Shown piece by piece: positions 59,740 to 64,000 of a stretch of DNA of 64,000 nucleotides. The notes beneath the pieces were generated by a model that was not told where the DNA came from, made no database searches, and worked only from the letters and a program-made list of their open reading frames with translations. Positions within the stretch are counted from its first letter, which is position 1; each line of letters opens with the position of its first letter. The translations under genes were made by a program, and so were the position numbers. Source of the stretch: an uncultured Rikenellaceae bacterium (GTDB lineage Bacteria > Bacteroidota > Bacteroidia > Bacteroidales > VadinHA17); assembly GCA_964435015.1 (NCBI GenBank), contig CAYSXP010000001.1, forward strand, positions 344 through 64,343, written 5' to 3'.

Positions 59740-59747
59740 TATATTTG
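59740..59747 (+). promoter_or_regulatory. Candidate Bacteroidota -7 promoter element TATATTTG (TAnnTTTG)
   Basis: Matches the TAnnTTTG consensus, ends 21 nt upstream of ATG 59769 and lies immediately downstream of the palindromic operator. Confidence 0.35.
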
Positions 59748-59768
59748 TAATGATATTTTTGGCAAGGC

Positions 59769-60239
59769 ATGACTGAAGATATTGAAAATATAGTAACCCG
59801 GTACAAGCAGGGCAGGCGGGAGGATCTTATTCCGCTTCTGCAGGAGATACAGGATACGCTGGGTCATCTTCCGGAGGAGGCCATAATCAGGGTGGGGAAG
59901 CATCTTGGTTTAAGTACGACGAAAATTTACGGTCTGGCCACCTTTTATGATCAGTTCAGATTTATACCCTGCGGCAGGATTCACATCAGCGTATGTCACG
60001 GTACCTCGTGTTTCATGAATGGTTCCCAGGGCATAATTGAGAAATTCATTGAGGAGTTCAGGACCGCTCCGGGGCAGACGTCACGCAACGGCAATTTCAG
60101 TTTTGATATTGTAAGCTGTATGGGTGGTTGTTATCACGGACCGGTGATTACGGTAAACGATGAATACCACATTCATGTGCGGCAGGATCAGATCCCGGAC
60201 CTGGTCAGGAAGCTTAAGTACATAATTGACAACGACTAG
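59769..60239 (+). CDS. hydC: NuoE-like [2Fe-2S] subunit of an NADH-linked hydrogenase (HydC/HndA-like)
   Basis: 156 aa with the pattern CHGTSCFMNG...CMGGCYHGPV (C-x4-C...C-x3-C). It abuts the NuoF-like gene: stop at 60237-60239, next ATG at 60240. Confidence 0.85.
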   Translation: MTEDIENIVTRYKQGRREDLIPLLQEIQDTLGHLPEEAIIRVGKHLGLSTTKIYGLATFYDQFRFIPCGRIHISVCHGTSCFMNGSQGIIEKFIEEFRTAPGQTSRNGNFSFDIVSCMGGCYHGPVITVNDEYHIHVRQDQIPDLVRKLKYIIDND

Positions 60240-62174
60240 ATGGATGATTTAAAGACATTCCTGATAGAGAAGGTACTGTTATTTGAATCCGATACGCTTT
60301 CTGATGAAGCGGAGAAGGTTTTGTCGCAGATCCGGCGCGTAAAGACCGATGTTCCTGTTGTATATGTTTCTTCAAATACCAGCAGCATCATTGCAGGTTC
60401 TGAGAAGACATACAATGCCCTGAAATTATTTGTGGAAGAGAATGAGCCCGGGACCTCTGTCATACGGGTTGGCTGCACCGGTCCGGCAAATTACGAACCG
60501 GTTATCTGCGTTCAGATGCCCGGGAAGAACAAGTTGTACTTCAGGAACATAACAGAAGAAAAAGTTGAGCCTCTGATGAACGGGGTCTTTCATAATGACA
60601 TTTCGGATGAGGATCTCATCGGTCAGTCGGGGTCAAAGGGTTTTGAGTTATGGCCGGGCATCGGGTTTCTGGAGGACATTCCGTTTTTCGCATTGCAGAG
60701 AAGGCTGGTTCTTGGCAACTGCGGCTGCTATGATCCCGGAAGCATTGAGGAGTATATAGCTGCGGGCGGTTACCGGACCTATCTGAAAACCATACGTCAC
60801 TACACCTACGATGAGGTTTGTGATCTGATAGAAAGGAGCGGGTTGCGGGGTCGCAGCGGCGGGGGCTACCTGACCGGGCTGAAATGGAAGCAGGCTCTCA
60901 ACACGCCAAGCAATGCACGATTCCTTATCTGCAATGCCAAGGAGAGTGACCCGGGTGCCTTCAGCGACCGGCTGATCATGGAGAGTGATCCGCACAGGCT
61001 GATAGAGGGCATGGCTATTGCTGCATATGCCATCGGATCTTCAAATGCCATTCTTTATCTTAAGGCCGGATCTGAACATGCCAGGGCAGGGATTGAGAAA
61101 GCTGTCGGGCAGGCCAGGGAATACGGGCTCCTGGGCCATAATATCTATTCCAGCGGCTACAACCTCGACATTGTGGTCAGAATGGAACCGGGCGCTTTTG
61201 TTTGCGGGGAGGAAACAGCACTGATAAACAGCCTCGAAGGGAAAAGAGGCATGCCTCAGCTGAAACCTCCGTATCCTACAACTGCGGGTCTGGCAGGAAA
61301 GCCAACGGTGATCAACAATGTGGAAACCCTGATGAATGTTCCGCTGATAATGCAGAATGGCCCCGAATGGTATCGTACAATCGGAACCGCCAGCAGTCCC
61401 GGCACGAAAATCTTTGCACTTGCCGGCCGGGGAAGATTCTCGGGTGTTGTGGAAGTTGAAATGGGGACCAGCCTCAGGACGATTGTCGAGGATATTGCCG
61501 ACGGCATAAAGGATGCGCGGGAGTTTAAGGCAATCCAGGTCGGAGGTGCTTCAGGCTCATTCATAACCTCTGACGGGCTTGACACTCCGGTCGACTTTGA
61601 TGCAATGAACATGCAGGGGTTCAGCATGGGTTCGGGAGGATTCGTGGTGATTGACGAAACCTCGTGCATTGTTGATCTTGTCCGCTACTACATGGAGTTT
61701 ATCTGCAAGGAGAGCTGCGGCAAATGCATTCCGTGCCGTGAAGGCACCGGAAGAATGCTCGAGATCCTCGAAAACGTTATCCGGAAACCTGCAAGCGAAG
61801 ATTCAGGCACAACGCTTGAAAGATTCAAGGGGGTTATGCAGCTTGAAACGATCTCAGGTGTCATGAAGGACGCATCGCTTTGCGGGCTGGGGCAGAATGC
61901 GCCCAACCCGTTTGTAAGCGCCCTGAAGAGCTTCAGGGAGGAATTCGAGGAACATATTTTTGACAGGAAATGCCGGGCAAATGTATGCAGGGGGCTGCGC
62001 ACCTTCATTATTAATGTGGAAAAGTGCACCGGGTGCACGGTCTGTGCCGGCAAGTGCCCTGCCAACGCCATTTATGGAACGAGGCTCCAGCCCTACTTCA
62101 TTGTGGAGGATAAATGCATCGGATGCGGAATATGCTATGATGTTTGCAAATTCAGTGCCGTGATTGTTAAGTAG
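60240..62174 (+). CDS. hydB: NuoF-like flavoprotein subunit (HydB/HndC-like) with two C-terminal [4Fe-4S] motifs
   Basis: LRGRSGGGYLTGLKW, ICNAKESDPGAFSDR, VCGEETALINSLEGKRGMPQLKPPYP, SCGKCIPCREG (N3-type cluster), and CTGCTVCAGKCP + CIGCGICYDVC. Confidence 0.85.
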   Translation: MDDLKTFLIEKVLLFESDTLSDEAEKVLSQIRRVKTDVPVVYVSSNTSSIIAGSEKTYNALKLFVEENEPGTSVIRVGCTGPANYEPVICVQMPGKNKLYFRNITEEKVEPLMNGVFHNDISDEDLIGQSGSKGFELWPGIGFLEDIPFFALQRRLVLGNCGCYDPGSIEEYIAAGGYRTYLKTIRHYTYDEVCDLIERSGLRGRSGGGYLTGLKWKQALNTPSNARFLICNAKESDPGAFSDRLIMESDPHRLIEGMAIAAYAIGSSNAILYLKAGSEHARAGIEKAVGQAREYGLLGHNIYSSGYNLDIVVRMEPGAFVCGEETALINSLEGKRGMPQLKPPYPTTAGLAGKPTVINNVETLMNVPLIMQNGPEWYRTIGTASSPGTKIFALAGRGRFSGVVEVEMGTSLRTIVEDIADGIKDAREFKAIQVGGASGSFITSDGLDTPVDFDAMNMQGFSMGSGGFVVIDETSCIVDLVRYYMEFICKESCGKCIPCREGTGRMLEILENVIRKPASEDSGTTLERFKGVMQLETISGVMKDASLCGLGQNAPNPFVSALKSFREEFEEHIFDRKCRANVCRGLRTFIINVEKCTGCTVCAGKCPANAIYGTRLQPYFIVEDKCIGCGICYDVCKFSAVIVK

Positions 62175-62291
62175 GAGGCGGAGCCCCTGCATTTATGGCT
62201 GTGTTTGCAGGCCGGCCGGAATAACCGGAGAAACGCGAAGGCTGCCGGAAGATATGTTGAAGTTCAAGTGATTTAAGCCAGTAACTGAGAG

Positions 62292-64000
62292 ATGCTGTTC
62301 ACAATTCATGTTAACAACAAAAAGATAAAGGCCGAGAAGGGGGAAACCATACTGTCGGCTCTTAACCGCAACGGCATCATCATCCCTACCCTGTGCAGGA
62401 TGAAGGAGTTCACTCCGACCGGGGCATGCAGGATGTGTGTGGTTGAGGTAGAGGGAAAAGAGAGGCTCGTCACTGCCTGTTCCCAGCCTGTTGAGGAATG
62501 GATGAGGATCAGAACCCACTCGCCGAGGGTGATCACCGCCCGTAAAACCATCGTTGAACTCCTTCTTTCCAACCATCCCGACGATTGCCTTTATTGTGAC
62601 AGGAATCTTAACTGTGAACTGCAGAATCTGTCTGAGGAACTCAATATCAGGGAAAGGAGGATCAAGGGAAAAAAGATTAAACCCCGCCTCGACCAGTCGA
62701 GCCCTGCAATTGTAAGGGAGCTGGCAAAATGCATACTCTGCGGCAGGTGCGTAAGGGTATGCGAGGAGGTCATAACCTGCACATCGCTTGACTTTATCAA
62801 CAGGGGAGGAGAAACCCATGTAGGTGCCGCAATGGACAAGGATTTTAATTTCTCCAGCTGCATTCAGTGCGGACAGTGTGCCCTTGTCTGCCCTACCGGG
62901 GCGCTGCACGAAAAATACAATATTGCCGAGGTTCAGGAATATCTTAACAAGCATGATATCGTTAAGGCTATTCAGTATTCCCCCTTTGTTCCTGCCGGCA
63001 TAGCTGAGGAGCTCGGGATCAGGTACAACAGGGATTTTGACAAGAATCTGAATGCGATCCTCCGCAAAATCGGCTTCGACAGGATCTACTCAACAGGTAC
63101 GGGCACAGATTTATGCATATCTGAACTGGCTGACCAGCTCTCGGAAAAACTTGATAATAAAGATGAGAACCCTCTTTATATAACGGCATGCCCGGCCTGG
63201 GTCAAATTTGCGGAGCAGTCGGTGCCGGAAATTATTCCCTGTCTGTCGACGGTTAAGTCGCCGCAGCAGATAGCAGGGATACTGATAAAGACCATTGTTG
63301 CCGATCAGCTGAAAGTTCAGCCCGACAAGATATTCTCGGTTTCCGTATCTCCGTGCATGGCAATGAAGTATGAGGCAAGGCGCGACGGAATGATGAGAAA
63401 GGGTATCAGCGACGTTGATTCGGTGATGACTGTGCGTGAGCTTGCCAGGCTGATCAGGCTTTACGGGATTGATGTATTCAATACTGCCAGGGAGCCGGCT
63501 GACGAACCCCTTGCCGGCAGGAGCTCCCTGGCGGTGCTTGCTGAGCTGTCGGGCGGACTGGCGGAAGGTGTTGTCAGGCTCGTCTCATATCGGCTGACGG
63601 GAAAGGATCCTGACAGGCAGATGCTGAAAAAGCTCAGGGGCTCGGGTTCATTCAGGGATTGCACGGTAAAGGCGGGGGATACGGAGGTGAGGGTCGCTGT
63701 GGTTGACGGCCTTACAGGGCTTGAGAAGCTCAACAATGCATTTCAGGCCGGAGCAAAATATCACCTGGTTGAAGTCATGGCCTGTCCGGGCGGCTGCATT
63801 CACGGCGGCGGGCTCCCGAAGATCGCATCAAGGGAGGATCTGAAAAACAGGGCCAGGCTGATATGGCAGTCCGATGAAACAGAGGCAATATCACTGCCTG
63901 AAAAGTCGCCTTCATTCATAGGCCTCTGCGACAAACTGATAAAGGAAAACAGGGAGATAAGTGACCGAAGAATATTTCATACTCATTTTGAAAAGAAGGA
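62292..64000 (+). CDS. [FeFe]-hydrogenase HydA-like subunit (M3 architecture), 3'-partial, non-canonical active-site pocket
   Basis: Open frame from ATG 62292 to the window end; it is absent from the supplied track because no stop is reached. It reads MLFTIHVNNKKIKAEKGETILSAL...CRMCVVEVEG (2Fe-2S), HPDDCLYCDRNLNC, CILCGRCVRVC, CIQCGQCALVCP, and H-domain motifs ITACPAW, SPCMAMKYE and EVMACPGGCIHGGGLP. Confidence 0.85.
   Translation, partial: MLFTIHVNNKKIKAEKGETILSALNRNGIIIPTLCRMKEFTPTGACRMCVVEVEGKERLVTACSQPVEEWMRIRTHSPRVITARKTIVELLLSNHPDDCLYCDRNLNCELQNLSEELNIRERRIKGKKIKPRLDQSSPAIVRELAKCILCGRCVRVCEEVITCTSLDFINRGGETHVGAAMDKDFNFSSCIQCGQCALVCPTGALHEKYNIAEVQEYLNKHDIVKAIQYSPFVPAGIAEELGIRYNRDFDKNLNAILRKIGFDRIYSTGTGTDLCISELADQLSEKLDNKDENPLYITACPAWVKFAEQSVPEIIPCLSTVKSPQQIAGILIKTIVADQLKVQPDKIFSVSVSPCMAMKYEARRDGMMRKGISDVDSVMTVRELARLIRLYGIDVFNTAREPADEPLAGRSSLAVLAELSGGLAEGVVRLVSYRLTGKDPDRQMLKKLRGSGSFRDCTVKAGDTEVRVAVVDGLTGLEKLNNAFQAGAKYHLVEVMACPGGCIHGGGLPKIASREDLKNRARLIWQSDETEAISLPEKSPSFIGLCDKLIKENREISDRRIFHTHFEKK

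Noticed and set aside
62193-62954. 253-aa minus-strand ORF (and 62306..62572, 62591..62863) at the window end.
   Set aside because: They overlap the + strand open frame, which encodes unmistakable [FeFe]-hydrogenase Fe-S and H-cluster motifs. They are antisense shadow ORFs.
1-64000. Looked for CRISPR arrays, IS or transposase genes, integrases, phage genes, toxin-antitoxin pairs, restriction-modification or other defence-system genes, and rRNA genes.
   Set aside because: None were recognised by eye in any frame. Apart from tRNA-Trp, no structured RNA gene could be supported without covariance-model searches.

Overview
This 64 kb window looks like a Bacteroidota-type chromosome, probably from an anaerobe. 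All calls come from reading the sequence and ORF translations by eye; no searches were run.

**Gene content**
- 1-12.7 kb is the conserved core block: tuf (5' partial), tRNA-Trp, secE, nusG, rplK, rplA, rplJ, rplL, rpoB, rpoC and a DUF3467 gene.
- Next comes a tight four-gene operon (DUF2520, kdsC, UbiA-type prenyltransferase, maf), followed by an S46 dipeptidyl-peptidase and pdxB.
- Further along are a 1414-aa BcrAD/BadFG-type activase fusion next to a 4Fe-4S protein, a 7TMR-DISM histidine kinase, and an M3 peptidase (dcp).
- A decayed glycyl-radical-enzyme locus follows, then SPFH/NfeD, malic enzyme and a carbohydrate cluster. The cluster holds a ROK kinase, an MFS transporter, a TAT-exported Gfo/Idh/MocA oxidoreductase, a HEAT + 2x DUF1080 protein and a GH29 fucosidase.
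- proC, a GntP permease with glycerate kinase, and several hydrolases come next.
- The window ends with an [FeFe]-hydrogenase region. A PAS-containing sensory hydrogenase, a PP2C phosphatase and a small 2Fe-2S protein lie divergent from a NuoE-like, NuoF-like and HydA-like operon, which runs off the 3' edge.
- I found no CRISPR array, transposase, integrase or prophage genes.

**Most notable observations**
1. A dispersed hairpin repeat family has termini GATGAAACCCRCATG...CATGTGGGTTCCAT and an ACAAACA core. The four main copies (A-C, E) sit 43-117 nt upstream of start codons; A-E share one orientation relative to the downstream gene. Two of the copies form a nearly identical upstream module in front of unrelated genes.
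2. The NuoEF-linked HydA-like protein keeps all four H-cluster cysteines. It lacks the canonical proton-relay residues (C299A, E279L, E282Q) and has K358M, which resembles a sensory hydrogenase.
3. An in-frame internally deleted glycyl radical enzyme lies next to a 3'-truncated activase.
4. Rex-like TGTTAA-N4-TTAACA palindromes occur upstream of the hydrogenase operon and of gntP.
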